This document shows positions 1 through 10,196 of a DNA stretch of 64,000 nucleotides, piece after piece; within the stretch, counting starts at the first letter, position 1, and every line of letters begins with the position of its first letter. Source of the DNA: Candidatus Poribacteria bacterium (lineage in GTDB: Bacteria > Poribacteria > WGA-4E > WGA-3G); the NCBI GenBank assembly GCA_965198235.1, contig OZ240248.1, forward strand, positions 4,864,001 to 4,928,000, read 5' to 3'. The notes beneath the pieces were generated by a model, which had not been told where the DNA came from, searched no databases, and saw nothing but the letters and a program-made list of their open reading frames with translations. Made by a program: the position numbers and the translations under genes.

Positions 1-2
1 TC

Positions 3-893
3 CCTGTTTTTGTAGATACTGCACCAGACAGTTTCCTATTGGATCCTTCAAAGATTGAAGCCGCGATAACGGAAAAAACGAAGGCGATTTTACCGGTTCA
101 TATCGCCGGGTATCCAGCGGATATGGACGCGCTTATCGACATCGCGAATCGGCATAACCTAAAGATTGTCGAAGATTGTGCACAGGCACACGGCGCGGAA
201 TGGCGCGGACGCGGGGTCGGCAGTTGGGGACATTTCGGATGCTTCAGTTTCCAGTCATCCAAGAACCTTTGTGCAGGCGAAGGCGGGATCGTCCTTATAA
301 ACGACCGGGAACTCTACGAACGCGCTTACGCGCTCCATAACTGCGGTCGTACCCTACCAGATGCTGAGTTTGGAGAGGCAGAACCCTTTGGCGGGAACTT
401 CCGAATGACGGAGTGGCAGGCTGGGTTACTCCTTTCCCGTTTGACTCGACTTGAAACTGAAACCAACTACCGGCATAAGAACATGCGATGGTTAGATGGA
501 TGGCTTGGTGAGATTCCGGGCATTAAAGTCACACCGCTCGATCCGCGTGCCACGCGCGGCGGATGCCACGGCTATAAAGCAATTTTTGATTCCGAGGAGT
601 TTGAGGGTATATCACGTGAGACGTTTCTCCGTGCAATGCGCGCGGAAGGGATACCGATGGGATATTGGTATACTACCCCGATGTATCGGGCAGCCTTTCT
701 CGCCTCTAATCTTTTCGGTCAGGATCTCAATTATGATGGTGTGCAGTGCCCCGAAACTGAAAAGATATGTCAAACAGGTCTCTCCTTAAGTCAAAATGTG
801 TTGATGGCGAGTGAAGAGGACATAGAGGATATTGTTAAGGCGGCGATTAAAATCCGCCGGAACGTCGCTGAGTTAAAGTCGGAAACCTCGTAG
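3..893 (+). CDS. DegT/DnrJ/EryC1/StrS PLP-dependent aminotransferase (5' partial, runs off window)
   Basis: Motifs KAILPVH, EDCAQAHG, FSFQSSKNL (PLP lysine) and GEGG; frame is open to the window start. Confidence 0.9.
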   Translation, partial: PVFVDTAPDSFLLDPSKIEAAITEKTKAILPVHIAGYPADMDALIDIANRHNLKIVEDCAQAHGAEWRGRGVGSWGHFGCFSFQSSKNLCAGEGGIVLINDRELYERAYALHNCGRTLPDAEFGEAEPFGGNFRMTEWQAGLLLSRLTRLETETNYRHKNMRWLDGWLGEIPGIKVTPLDPRATRGGCHGYKAIFDSEEFEGISRETFLRAMRAEGIPMGYWYTTPMYRAAFLASNLFGQDLNYDGVQCPETEKICQTGLSLSQNVLMASEEDIEDIVKAAIKIRRNVAELKSETS

Positions 894-921
894 TGTGTAG
901 CAAGCCTTGTTGAATTTTCCG

Positions 922-954
922 CTATCCTTTTGGTCTGAGTTGGCTCTATATAGG
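922..954 (+). promoter_or_regulatory. Candidate alternative (ECF-type) sigma promoter, copy 1
   Basis: CTATCCTTTT-N12-CTCTATATAGG; recurs at 1175-1208 and at 20111-20140 (-). Confidence 0.4.
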
Positions 955-969
955 CAACCTGATAGATAG

Positions 970-1169
970 ATTTTTAACGATTAACTCTGAGCTGCTGCGT
1001 TCGGTTGCTTCGCAGTGAGAATGCAGTATCCCAATTGTTAAAAAGCCTTTATCATCGAGAAACGGTTGGACTTCACCGAAAACCACCGTGAAACGAAATT
1101 ATGCCTTAAATGGCATAATTTGTCTTTGCTTTACATTTGGAACGGTGCCCAGATTTAAGAGTTAAAAAA
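970..1169. repeat. Composite palindromic element cluster (TTTTTAA...TTAAAAA ends; GAAACGAA..TGGA hairpin with nested insert)
   Basis: CACCGT-GAAACGAA[ATTATGCCTTAAATGGCATAATTTGTCTTTGCTTTACATT]TGGA-ACGGTG; homologous to 8268-8370 (-) and 21180-21297 (-). Confidence 0.8.
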
Positions 1170-1174
1170 TTTTA

Positions 1175-1208
1175 CTATCCTTTTCAGTCTTAAGGGACTC
1201 TATATAGG
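1175..1208 (+). promoter_or_regulatory. Candidate ECF-type promoter, copy 2
   Basis: CTATCCTTTT-N13-CTCTATATAGG about 50 nt upstream of the ATG at 1261. Confidence 0.45.
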
Positions 1209-1260
1209 CAAATCCATAAGCGCAAGCCTATAGAGGCTTGCGGGACAATAGGAGAAAATC

Positions 1261-1842
1261 ATGTCTAACGAACGTGAAGCCCAGAAGGAAATCCGTCGGC
1301 AAAAGGAAATCCGTCAGATTCTGAGGCTATTGGAAACAACAGCACGCATCGTAGAAACTTCAGCGATTACAGACCAATTTTCAGGTGGTGAGGAACGATG
1401 CGCTCGGCAATTTAACAACGCACTTGAGCTCCTGACCGATCTCGGTGCAGTGCCCGAGGGTCTGTTTGAACCTTTGGAGGATGATGCATCTTTTGGCGAT
1501 ATTTGCTTTGCCTGTCACCAAGTTGTTGCCTACGCGAAAGAAAGCTGCGCTGATGATTTTGTTGACTTCACGCAAATCAAGAAAACGATTGGCGATGAAT
1601 TGAAAGATGTCAGGGAAGTTGTGCGGCAATCAATGCCTTCCTTCCTCAAAGATGTATGGGGCGGGCAAGCACAAGAAGATGACGTTAATACCGCCGAGAC
1701 CGTTGAGGTCACCTCAGACGATGATGAGGACGTAACATCTGTCGAACAGCGTATTGCGAAGCTTGAAGGGCAAATGGAGACTGTTGTGGAGATACTCCAA
1801 GAGATCCGGACACAACAGATTGAACAGAACAAAGAACTTTAG
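1261..1842 (+). CDS. Hypothetical acidic protein with C-terminal coiled coil
   Basis: 193-aa ORF with AGGAG RBS; heptad-like C-terminus. Confidence 0.75.
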   Translation: MSNEREAQKEIRRQKEIRQILRLLETTARIVETSAITDQFSGGEERCARQFNNALELLTDLGAVPEGLFEPLEDDASFGDICFACHQVVAYAKESCADDFVDFTQIKKTIGDELKDVREVVRQSMPSFLKDVWGGQAQEDDVNTAETVEVTSDDDEDVTSVEQRIAKLEGQMETVVEILQEIRTQQIEQNKEL

Positions 1843-1884
1843 AATAGCCAGCGGCTATCGGCTGTCGGTGCGTGGCATGCACGT

Positions 1885-3816
1885 TTACCAGTGTTTGAAC
1901 GAATACATCCGTTGTCCGAGAAACAGTCCTAAAATTGCCCAAAGACTTCCCATCACGAATTCGCCGAGCATTGTTCCGAAAAAGAGGGGTAGTGTTCGGC
2001 GATACGCGCCGATCCCACCGTGGCGAATCAGTATGGATTTTAGTACCCAAGCGATAAATACGGGAAACCAAAGCCTACCGAAGTTCCAATTGCCTGCGAG
2101 TGGGTAGGCGAGTGGATGGAGTTGCCACCAGATAAACCGCAAACGCATAAAGAGCGTTGTCAGCGTGAGAGAGATACCGAAACCCAAAAATCCCATGCGT
2201 CCCCAGTCTGTGTCGTTCGGAAGGGTTAACCAGCGTTGTAGGTCGCTGAATGCCTCCTGCCCGCGCCATGTTCCCAGATTGCCATGTCGGTAACCGGCGT
2301 GAAGGAATGCAACAAACCCAATAACTAACCCGATAACTGTCGCACCCCACATCACCCAAAGAATTTGACTCGAGTTAATTCCGCCTCTGTCGGCGAGTTT
2401 AAATCCTTCCAACTGGTTCGGCATCGGTTGCGAACGGTAGTTGCGGGTGAACCCATAAAGGAAAGCAAAGCCTGTCAACGTTGGTGGACCAATCTTTCTG
2501 GAACCAACAAGCGAAGTAAGGAAGAGTCCAGGACCAGCACGATAGAAATCCATCGTCGGTGTTCCGAGTTCGGCACGCATCCGGGTGAACGCTAAAACAA
2601 GTATGAATTGAATACTGAAAAACCCAAGCACGCCCCACCACGACATCCCTGCCTTCAGGCAAAATCCAAACACGACTGCAATACCGAGCAAGAACCCAAC
2701 AAACGCGCTCCGGTATCCCATCGGTTCATTTGTTGTATCAAGGTTTGTTTTCAGACCTAAGATATTGCGTGCAACCTGCCAGAGATGTTTGTGTGTTATC
2801 CAAAGTGCAAAGAAACAGAGTCCAAAGTACGCACCAGTCGACTGCATGTCAATATGCGGGTAACCCGGTGTCTGGTTCAGCCCTGTCATCGCGCCAAAAA
2901 CGAGTTGTGCCTTCCAGAAAAGATAGAACAGCCAACAAGAAAGTGACAAATCTAACGGCATTAAGAAGCCTATACCGATAGCGTAAGGATTCAGATGGAT
3001 GGGGGTTGAACCGATAGCACTCAGTGGTTTTTCCGTGAATAACAGCCCAATATCGTGACGGATGGGGATGCTCGGTACATAGGGATAAAGAAAACTGATA
3101 CCATTGAGTAGATCAAGTCCACATCCAATGGCAAACCCTATCCAGAGGAGCCGGTTTCGGTAGAAACTCACACCTTTTGTCATTTCAAACGGGAGTAGAA
3201 TGATAGGGTAACTCAGTTTTTCGTGTTCGATCCACTGTTTGCGTAGTATAACGCTGAGCATCATCATGGAGAACGCGAGTGCAGAAAAGAAAAGTAACCA
3301 TGCTAATATCGGCGTGAGCCACGCCTGAATGTGTTCTATTTCAAACAGATTTGATGTGCCTTCATAGTAGCCTGTTAAGGCACGCCGATCTGTTACGGCG
3401 ATCCAGTCCGGAATGTATCGGAAAAATAGAGATTGCCATTCGTTCTCCGGTGTAGCGAACCACGTTGCATGCCCCAGGACGCACATCGTCGCCTGCAACA
3501 GGTCGTGTCCGCAGACGACACATGCAAGCGTTACCATGAGGTACACCGTCAGCATTTCTGCTTGTGTGAGCCGCCATCTCGGAAGATAGCGTGTTAAAAA
3601 TAGATTGAAGAGTGCGATGAGAAGGAGCGTAAAGACGGCGTTGAAGAAAATCGCCATCGTGGTTGGGTATTGCGTTGTCCAGACCGTTTCCGTTTGAACC
3701 ACGAGGTAGATATTGAGTGGAAGCGATAACAAACCTAATAGGATGGCTCGCCATGTGATATTTTCGGTTTTTTTAATTATACCTTGCGGTTCGGTAAGGT
3801 GGGTTGATAGTTTCAC
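1885..3816 (-). CDS. Polytopic membrane protein (DUF6785/DUF6784, OPT-like putative transporter)
   Basis: Many hydrophobic segments; motifs RKQWIEHEKLSYPI, RMRAELG, WWQLHPLAY, GGIGAYRR; GTG start lies inside a repeat. Confidence 0.75.
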   Translation of the reverse strand: MKLSTHLTEPQGIIKKTENITWRAILLGLLSLPLNIYLVVQTETVWTTQYPTTMAIFFNAVFTLLLIALFNLFLTRYLPRWRLTQAEMLTVYLMVTLACVVCGHDLLQATMCVLGHATWFATPENEWQSLFFRYIPDWIAVTDRRALTGYYEGTSNLFEIEHIQAWLTPILAWLLFFSALAFSMMMLSVILRKQWIEHEKLSYPIILLPFEMTKGVSFYRNRLLWIGFAIGCGLDLLNGISFLYPYVPSIPIRHDIGLLFTEKPLSAIGSTPIHLNPYAIGIGFLMPLDLSLSCWLFYLFWKAQLVFGAMTGLNQTPGYPHIDMQSTGAYFGLCFFALWITHKHLWQVARNILGLKTNLDTTNEPMGYRSAFVGFLLGIAVVFGFCLKAGMSWWGVLGFFSIQFILVLAFTRMRAELGTPTMDFYRAGPGLFLTSLVGSRKIGPPTLTGFAFLYGFTRNYRSQPMPNQLEGFKLADRGGINSSQILWVMWGATVIGLVIGFVAFLHAGYRHGNLGTWRGQEAFSDLQRWLTLPNDTDWGRMGFLGFGISLTLTTLFMRLRFIWWQLHPLAYPLAGNWNFGRLWFPVFIAWVLKSILIRHGGIGAYRRTLPLFFGTMLGEFVMGSLWAILGLFLGQRMYSFKHW

Positions 3817-3997
3817 GTTCTTTTCCGTAGAGTCGCCTGCGCCGTTGTTGCAGGCTATGTTTTTGGTGGAGTCGGGAATCGGTTTTTTTAATTATACCTT
3901 GCGGTTCGGTAAGGTGGATTGATAGTTTCACATTCTTTTCCGTAGAGTCGCCTGCGCCGTTGTTGCAGGCTACGTTTTTGGTGGAGTCGGGAATCGG
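3764..3997 (-). repeat. Two tandem 115-bp copies of a dispersed palindromic element
   Basis: 3764-3878 and 3879-3993 differ at 3 positions; homologous to 60428-60515 and 22875-22965. Confidence 0.95.
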
Positions 3998-4005
3998 CAC
4001 ATAAA

Positions 4006-5976
4006 TTAAAAAGTTCGCTCCTGACCATAGAAAATTCGGGGCCTAAACGATGGTGTAAAGGGCGGATCGAGCGGGAAGGCGAATTCTACCCGAAGAGTAC
4101 CTGTCCCACTAAACTGAGAGAGACTACCCCGCAATCCAAACCCAACGCTTCGCTTGGGTCTCGCTAAATTGAAGGTGTGATTGCCGTTCCAGATGTATCC
4201 GATATCTGCAAACACGATGCCACTCAATATGACTCCAAGATGAACTCGCCTGTCGCTAAACGGACGAGCCACAGCTGTCGCGACCGCTGCAAGTGATTCG
4301 TCTACTTTGCGGAAAACCGTTCCACCGAATATAGTTCGACTTTCGAGGCTCAGCAACATCATCTTTTCTCCACTAAACTGCCTATAGGCGTAGCCGCGTA
4401 ACCCGTCGAACGCTCCCAAGAGAACTTGGCTGTGTCCACGCCATCCAAACTGCATCTCTGTTTTAAACTGCACGACAAATGTCTGATGAAGATCGAAGAG
4501 ACCGTTCTCTCTAAAACCGGTTTGAAGTGTATAGATATCACCTGTGTTGAATACATCTGTGTAAAACCAAGCGGTTTGTGCTTGGAGGAGGGAGCGTTCA
4601 ATTCGACTCGTGAAGTTTGTACTAAATGCGAATGTTGTGAGGTTAAAGAACTTATTGCCATTCATCCATCCAGATCCGAAAGCCAGTTCCGCGTAAGATT
4701 TTGAATGGTCCGATGCGTATAAGGGTGAAGCATATCCAAGAGAGAGGGCGTATTGAGAGCCGACGAGGAAATTTTCCTCTTGCCCCATCCGTCGAAGAAA
4801 TCGGGTGTTGTGATATGCAATGCGTTGCCTCCCTAAAGTGAAGCCGATTCGTTTTATGTCTCGATTCTCTAACATTGCATCGGATTCGCTTGATTTTTCA
4901 AGTAACACATATTTTGAACGCCGCGAGGCTGCCCACAACCCTATATAATTTTGTTGATATCTATCACCGAAATATCGTCGGACATTCGCATAGGTTCCCT
5001 GTAGATTTTGCTCAAATATATCGGTTTTCTTTGCGTTTTCATACCAGAATATCGGATTAACCGATTCGGAAAAACGTACGCTTGCACTCCACCGACTTTT
5101 GAGTGTATATTGGGGACGTTCTAACAGCACAACCAAGGAATCGCCTTCCCGCTTCTGGATATATTCGCCATCGAAGTTCCAGTGCGAATTGAATAGTCGC
5201 GGGTTATTATACCGTCCTCTCACAAGACTCCGCGTTTTTTCACCGACTTCGCTAATCCTTTCGTAGCGCCATAGGGTGCCTTGGCCCGATCCGAACATAT
5301 TCGGATCTCGAAACTGTAGTAGCCAATACCTCTTTTGGTTATTTAGGTTCAGATCTCCTCCAAGTGGAAAGGACAGCAGTTCCCTAATGGTCGCGTGAAT
5401 CGTAACTGATTTCGACAGTTCATCCCATTGTGCGTCAACCTTTGCGGCACCAATATACGTCTTGCGTCGAAGAATCTGTTCGCTTTCCTCTCTATCTGCT
5501 TCTGTGTAGACCTCCCCCTCCGCAAATAAGAGTTCGCGGCGGATAACGTCTTCTTTCGTCTTTATATTGCCAGTTATGATGATGTTGCCGACACGACCTT
5601 CGTCAATCTCAATGCCGAGATAAACACCATCTGCGAATTTCTTCACAGAGAGTTGCTTTTCATCCACACGCGCGAAACGGTACCCGTTCTCCCGATAAAA
5701 GCGTGTAATCGCTTCAAGATCGGATTTCAGAACGGTTTTATCGTAAACACTCCATACATCTGTCTGCATCAGCGCGCGGATTTGCTGTTCAGAGAATGAT
5801 TCGTTTCCATCAATTACGAGGCTACGTACAATGCCCGCTTCATCTCGTAAAACCATTCTTTTGTTCTGTGGAGAGTCTATCGTTTCTGATGAAATTTCAA
5901 CGTGGACGCTGATACTGAGTAAGACGATTATGCACAAAGTCCGAAACGGGCGCGGGACATACCAAAGATCTGCCAT
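4006..5976 (-). CDS. BamA/TamA (Omp85) family outer membrane protein with POTRA domains
   Basis: POTRA-like I.GN..TKEDVIRRELL; barrel motifs LRGY, FADIG, SVGFGLR; C-terminal Phe. Confidence 0.85.
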   Translation of the reverse strand: MADLWYVPRPFRTLCIIVLLSISVHVEISSETIDSPQNKRMVLRDEAGIVRSLVIDGNESFSEQQIRALMQTDVWSVYDKTVLKSDLEAITRFYRENGYRFARVDEKQLSVKKFADGVYLGIEIDEGRVGNIIITGNIKTKEDVIRRELLFAEGEVYTEADREESEQILRRKTYIGAAKVDAQWDELSKSVTIHATIRELLSFPLGGDLNLNNQKRYWLLQFRDPNMFGSGQGTLWRYERISEVGEKTRSLVRGRYNNPRLFNSHWNFDGEYIQKREGDSLVVLLERPQYTLKSRWSASVRFSESVNPIFWYENAKKTDIFEQNLQGTYANVRRYFGDRYQQNYIGLWAASRRSKYVLLEKSSESDAMLENRDIKRIGFTLGRQRIAYHNTRFLRRMGQEENFLVGSQYALSLGYASPLYASDHSKSYAELAFGSGWMNGNKFFNLTTFAFSTNFTSRIERSLLQAQTAWFYTDVFNTGDIYTLQTGFRENGLFDLHQTFVVQFKTEMQFGWRGHSQVLLGAFDGLRGYAYRQFSGEKMMLLSLESRTIFGGTVFRKVDESLAAVATAVARPFSDRRVHLGVILSGIVFADIGYIWNGNHTFNLARPKRSVGFGLRGSLSQFSGTGTLRVEFAFPLDPPFTPSFRPRIFYGQERTF

Positions 5977-8267
5977 TATGATTCACCTACGGTCTGCGCA
6001 CTTTCGCGGTTCGAGAGAAAACTTTCAAGAAGCATAAGACAGACGACTAAAATAAGCAATTCACCCCAAATCTCCCTGCCGTGTCGCTTAATGTTGTAAG
6101 TATCAGCTGCTATCGCTGTTCCGTCGATTTCCGGATCTGCTGTTGTTTGCGCTCCGATTCGTGCTGCCGCTTGTGCCAGTGGAATCTCTGTTAAGTCAGC
6201 TTCAGTCGTATCAACGTTAACCGCAAAAAAGTCACGTTGGATGCTGTCTTGTGTCCGCACCTCGACCTGATAGATACCGGGACGTTCTGTGCCTTGAAAT
6301 CGCAGCGTGCCGTCTTCGGCGATCGGCACTACTGTATTGTTGTCTGCGTCGGATTCATCAGATGTTAAGGCGTTACTGTCCCATCTATCAACAGTGTTTT
6401 TTAAACGAATAGACACTTTCCCACCCGCACTCCGAGGATAGTGTGCTGTATAGGTATCACCGATATGTCCACCCCATGTTACAAGATTATTGCTGGCAAT
6501 TGATGTGTAAAGCACGCTTTGTTGGAGCATCGGAAGGAAATACGGATTAACGAGTAGGTCGTTTGTGTAATGGCTGTCGGCTATCGGCTGTCGGCTGTCG
6601 GTTAAGAGGTTTTCCGGTGAAGTGACATTCTCTTGCTGACCGCTGACCACTGATTGCTGACTGCTGACTGCCAACAAGCCACAGTTATAAAGCAGCACGG
6701 TACTTGTTCCTTGACTCCGTTCAACAAGAAATGGTGTATCGTTCCCGAAGCGTGCGATAACGTTAGATTCCGCCGAAGGCTGTAATGCGATACCGTTGTA
6801 AAACTGCGGCGCGTATTGCATAGAGAATCCTTCGCTTGGAAAGATGTCAAAGATAGGATGTGTTTCCTCATACGCCTGCACTCGCTGGGGTGGTGTCCAA
6901 GTCAGCGGACTACCAAGTTTGGCAGGTAACCAAACATTATGAGGTTCATTGTAGCTTGTTGGGTCGCTGTGGCTACTCACGAAGGCAATGATACTTTTGC
7001 CTTGGCGGGTGAATTCTTGGAGTTGTGCACTCATCTGGCGCGACATCGTCAGCACGTCTGCAAGTACAATAACATCATAGTCTTCCAACGGAAAGGTTAC
7101 AAATTCATCAGGTGTGCATTGCGTTGGTAGAATCATTACGCCGTTGCTGTTTTTTTTATCTTGATATGTGTTTTCAGAAACCGTGTTTACAGTTGGAAAG
7201 GGCGGAGCAGCAGGGATATGTGGATTTAACGCCAATGTTAGATATTCCGTTTGTTCACCTACACAGAGCACACGCACTTCACCGAGGACATCCAAGGCGA
7301 AATAACGTTGGTTGTCAATATTAAGGCGATCGTCTGTGAGTGTGAGGTAACCGATATGCGTGCCGGGAGTAGAAAAATTGTATGTTAAAGTGGTGTTCAG
7401 CGATTCGTTCGCTGCCACGGAAAAACTCATAGTTTTTTGTTTTTCGCCTCCAATAAAGAGTGTCAGTATATTTTGATTCAAAGGTGCTACTGAATGGTTC
7501 CCAGTCGTCACATTCAATTGAAATGGTAAGTTCACGCCTATTAGTTGATTGGAGGGACGAATTTCTTTAATACTTATGTTATGTGCTTCACCCTCTGCAA
7601 CCGGAATCAGAGAGATGCGAGCACCAGAGCGATTTGGAAGCCTATTCCAGTTCTCCCATCCGTTTTGGGCGAAGTCTGAAATCAAATAGATTTCTTTGTT
7701 CAGTTGTTGTGACTCAGTGAGGATTTCGTGGGCAAGTTCAAGGCTGGGTTGAACATTCGTGGTGCGGTAGGAAGTGTCTGTATCGTTAATCGCTGTGGTA
7801 ACGCTCTCAATGTCGGGCGTGAGTTGCCGAAAGACAGGCTTTGGGGTATCTGACATTAATATAAGGGCGGCTCTATCGCCGTGCCGCAGGGTGCCAATGA
7901 TGTCGGTTGCCAGAGTTTTCGCTTTATCGAGTCTTATGCCATTGATGTCTTGATACACCATACTGTAAGAGTTGTCTAAAACGATAATCACATCTGTCTT
8001 CGCCCGCACGGACGCGACTGGCAATCCGAGTGTCAAAAAGGGACGTGCCAAGGCGAGTGCAATGAGCGCGATAATTGCCATTCGCAGGAGCAAAATGAGA
8101 AACTGACGGAGTTGGAATCGACGTGCATTTTCGCGGTGTGCCGCCGTGATGAATATCAGACTGCTAAAATCAATTGTCACAACACGACGACGGTTCCAGA
8201 GGTGAATGACTAATGGGATACCCGTGGCGAGGAGTCCAAAGAGAAAAAGTGGGTTGAGAAATGCCAA
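5976..8267 (-). CDS. BatA-domain plus VWA protein with C-terminal TM
   Basis: N-terminal FLNPLFL..PLVIHL and LALARP; MIDAS DNSYSM; LISDF; carries an in-frame repeat insert. Confidence 0.85.
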   Translation of the reverse strand: MAFLNPLFLFGLLATGIPLVIHLWNRRRVVTIDFSSLIFITAAHRENARRFQLRQFLILLLRMAIIALIALALARPFLTLGLPVASVRAKTDVIIVLDNSYSMVYQDINGIRLDKAKTLATDIIGTLRHGDRAALILMSDTPKPVFRQLTPDIESVTTAINDTDTSYRTTNVQPSLELAHEILTESQQLNKEIYLISDFAQNGWENWNRLPNRSGARISLIPVAEGEAHNISIKEIRPSNQLIGVNLPFQLNVTTGNHSVAPLNQNILTLFIGGEKQKTMSFSVAANESLNTTLTYNFSTPGTHIGYLTLTDDRLNIDNQRYFALDVLGEVRVLCVGEQTEYLTLALNPHIPAAPPFPTVNTVSENTYQDKKNSNGVMILPTQCTPDEFVTFPLEDYDVIVLADVLTMSRQMSAQLQEFTRQGKSIIAFVSSHSDPTSYNEPHNVWLPAKLGSPLTWTPPQRVQAYEETHPIFDIFPSEGFSMQYAPQFYNGIALQPSAESNVIARFGNDTPFLVERSQGTSTVLLYNCGLLAVSSQQSVVSGQQENVTSPENLLTDSRQPIADSHYTNDLLVNPYFLPMLQQSVLYTSIASNNLVTWGGHIGDTYTAHYPRSAGGKVSIRLKNTVDRWDSNALTSDESDADNNTVVPIAEDGTLRFQGTERPGIYQVEVRTQDSIQRDFFAVNVDTTEADLTEIPLAQAAARIGAQTTADPEIDGTAIAADTYNIKRHGREIWGELLILVVCLMLLESFLSNRESAQTVGES
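6571..6673. repeat. In-frame inverted heptamer-repeat element inside the BatA/VWA gene
   Basis: (CTRTCGG)4 ... (CTGAYNR)5 arms; translated as AVSSQQSVVSGQQ...TDSRQPIADSH. Confidence 0.8.
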
Positions 8268-8370
8268 TTTTTAATTTATGGGATCCTGGGCTGCCTTCCA
8301 AATGTAAAGCAAAGACAAATTATGCCATTTAAGGCATAATTTCATTTCAGGCAGGTTTCCTGTTAATCCT
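8268..8370 (-). repeat. GAAA..TGGA hairpin element with nested insert, abutting the start codon
   Basis: Reverse strand reads CTGCCT-GAAATGAA[insert]TGGA-AGGCAG-CCCAGGATCCCATAAATTAAAAA-TTG. Confidence 0.85.
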
Positions 8371-8425
8371 GTACCTCTTTATTTAAATCGAGCAGGTTTT
8401 AATTTATGGACTTCTAAAGAATAGT

Positions 8426-8481
8426 TTTAACCATCTACTCGTGCCTTTGGATATTGTATCGGAGACGAGTAGATGGTTAAA
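8426..8481. repeat. 17-bp perfect inverted repeat element
   Basis: TTTAACCATCTACTCGT-N22-ACGAGTAGATGGTTAAA; relatives at 13552-13650 and 21448-21508. Confidence 0.85.
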
Positions 8482-8506
8482 GTGCGGGGTGCTCCGTACC
8501 CCTTTA

Positions 8507-8531
8507 GTAGGCGAGGTTTAGAAACCTCGCC
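8507..8531 (+). repeat. GTAG-type REP-like palindrome
   Basis: GTAGGCGAGGTTT-AG-AAACCTCGCC; relatives at 17888-17911 and 53383-53408. Confidence 0.75.
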
Positions 8532-8573
8532 AGCAGGGACCCGACGGCACTACCCGCCCATCGGAGATCGTTT

Positions 8574-10106
8574 CTACGGGAGAATGGTAATTTCAAGTTG
8601 ATTGAGAGTATGGAAAACATCTGCTGCGTATTCCATAAGATTGTCAGTCTCCAGGGTGCTCCCACCGAGTTGAATGTGGTTTGCATCAGCAATAACCTGG
8701 TCCAACGTTGGGTCCATTTGTACCCATTTACCGACGTAGACTTCAGGCCAGAAATGATAATAGAAGGCATCCTTTGCGAATACAATCCCAGAGCAGATTC
8801 GTGCTGGAATACCAGCGGCTCGCGCCAGAGCGATAAATAACACTGTGTGTTCTGTGCAATCTCCGGAGCGCGACTGTAGTGCTGTTAATGACGAAGCAAA
8901 GCCTCCACTCATTTTTTTCTCTTTAATGGAGGCATAAACCCACCGACATAATTTTTCCGCCGCATGCCATGAATTGACTTCGTTTTCCAAGATCTCCACA
9001 GTCTTTGTCTGAATGTCGGGGTGATTGGCTTGAATATAGGCACTTGCGGCAAGGAATTCACCTTCTGCATTCTGAATAGGGAGATTAGGGCAGTCTTCGG
9101 CGACAATTGATGGAACTTGAATTGAAAGTTTACCAGCATGTGCAGTGTTTGCCTCGAGTTTCTGTCGAGGGGTGGACATAACAACTTCAGCAATGTTCCC
9201 TGTTGAGAGTTTCACTTCCGCCTCAAGGTGTTTTGCTTTTGGGATCGGGAGTTTGCCAGAGGGGAGGATACGGGTTTTTAGAACGACATCAACTTCTTCG
9301 ATATTACCAATGGCTGTCTCCTTATCGGTTTTCAGGGTTACCATGGAAAGCCCCATCAACGGCACCTCTGTTCGATAGTTTACGCCGTCGGTGTCAATCC
9401 ACAGTTTTGCGGTAATACCATTCATCATGTCTACTGTCTGTTTCAGAACGTAGACCTGCTTTTCCTCGGACTGATAGGTTAAAGTCTCTTTCCCTAAAAC
9501 CTCAATCTCCGTTTTCACAGGCTTCAGGAGATCGAAAATGAACATGTGAAAGGTCCGTTTATCGCCTGTTTTAAGCCCCTTCTGGGTCAACAGTGATGCT
9601 ACACCTGTATATTCAGAAACAGTATCAGATGGTACGGGAATTTCTGACTCGGTGATTTCACCGTTGAGCGTTGTTTTAACGTGGGCAATTCCATCTACAA
9701 TCCGTCCTTCGATCTGTTTTAAACCAGATTCATTAGAGGTCGAGAGGAAATGAAGCGGCATTAAGTTGGGACCTGTGTATTCAACGCGAGTAATTTCAAC
9801 TGTTATGTCTGTCCCAAGTGCCTTAAAGTTCATAACTATATCGGTTTTGTTCCGAGCCACTTGTTCCCCTTGATACTCGGTTTCTTCAGTAGACGTGTGC
9901 ATATAGCCGATCTTGGTGTTCATCAAGGTGAGGTTATACCAATGTTCTTGCGGATGGTTTAGCATGTTCTCGAATGTGCCTTGTTTTTCGTCCGCGGTGT
10001 CCGCTGGCGTAGCTGCTTGCAAGCCAGTATTAAGAAGTATCGCTGCCATGCATACAAACGCAAAGCAGCGTAGATGATAACACTTCAAAGGCTTTGATAA
10101 TACCAT
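8574..10106 (-). CDS. Secreted transglutaminase-like domain protein
   Basis: Signal peptide; catalytic-type motifs GDCTEH, LARAAGIPAR, YHFWPEVY, WVQMDPT. Confidence 0.9.
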   Translation of the reverse strand: MVLSKPLKCYHLRCFAFVCMAAILLNTGLQAATPADTADEKQGTFENMLNHPQEHWYNLTLMNTKIGYMHTSTEETEYQGEQVARNKTDIVMNFKALGTDITVEITRVEYTGPNLMPLHFLSTSNESGLKQIEGRIVDGIAHVKTTLNGEITESEIPVPSDTVSEYTGVASLLTQKGLKTGDKRTFHMFIFDLLKPVKTEIEVLGKETLTYQSEEKQVYVLKQTVDMMNGITAKLWIDTDGVNYRTEVPLMGLSMVTLKTDKETAIGNIEEVDVVLKTRILPSGKLPIPKAKHLEAEVKLSTGNIAEVVMSTPRQKLEANTAHAGKLSIQVPSIVAEDCPNLPIQNAEGEFLAASAYIQANHPDIQTKTVEILENEVNSWHAAEKLCRWVYASIKEKKMSGGFASSLTALQSRSGDCTEHTVLFIALARAAGIPARICSGIVFAKDAFYYHFWPEVYVGKWVQMDPTLDQVIADANHIQLGGSTLETDNLMEYAADVFHTLNQLEITILP

Positions 10107-10196
10107 GATAGATTAGAGTCCTTCATGAACGCGGGTCAAACAACACAGCTATCACCTGCCATGTGGTTTCTGTATAGTGTCCTATTTGTAATATTA

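Noticed and set aside
3764-3997. CRISPR array
   Set aside because: Whole 115-bp units repeat with no unique spacers, and no cas genes are present.
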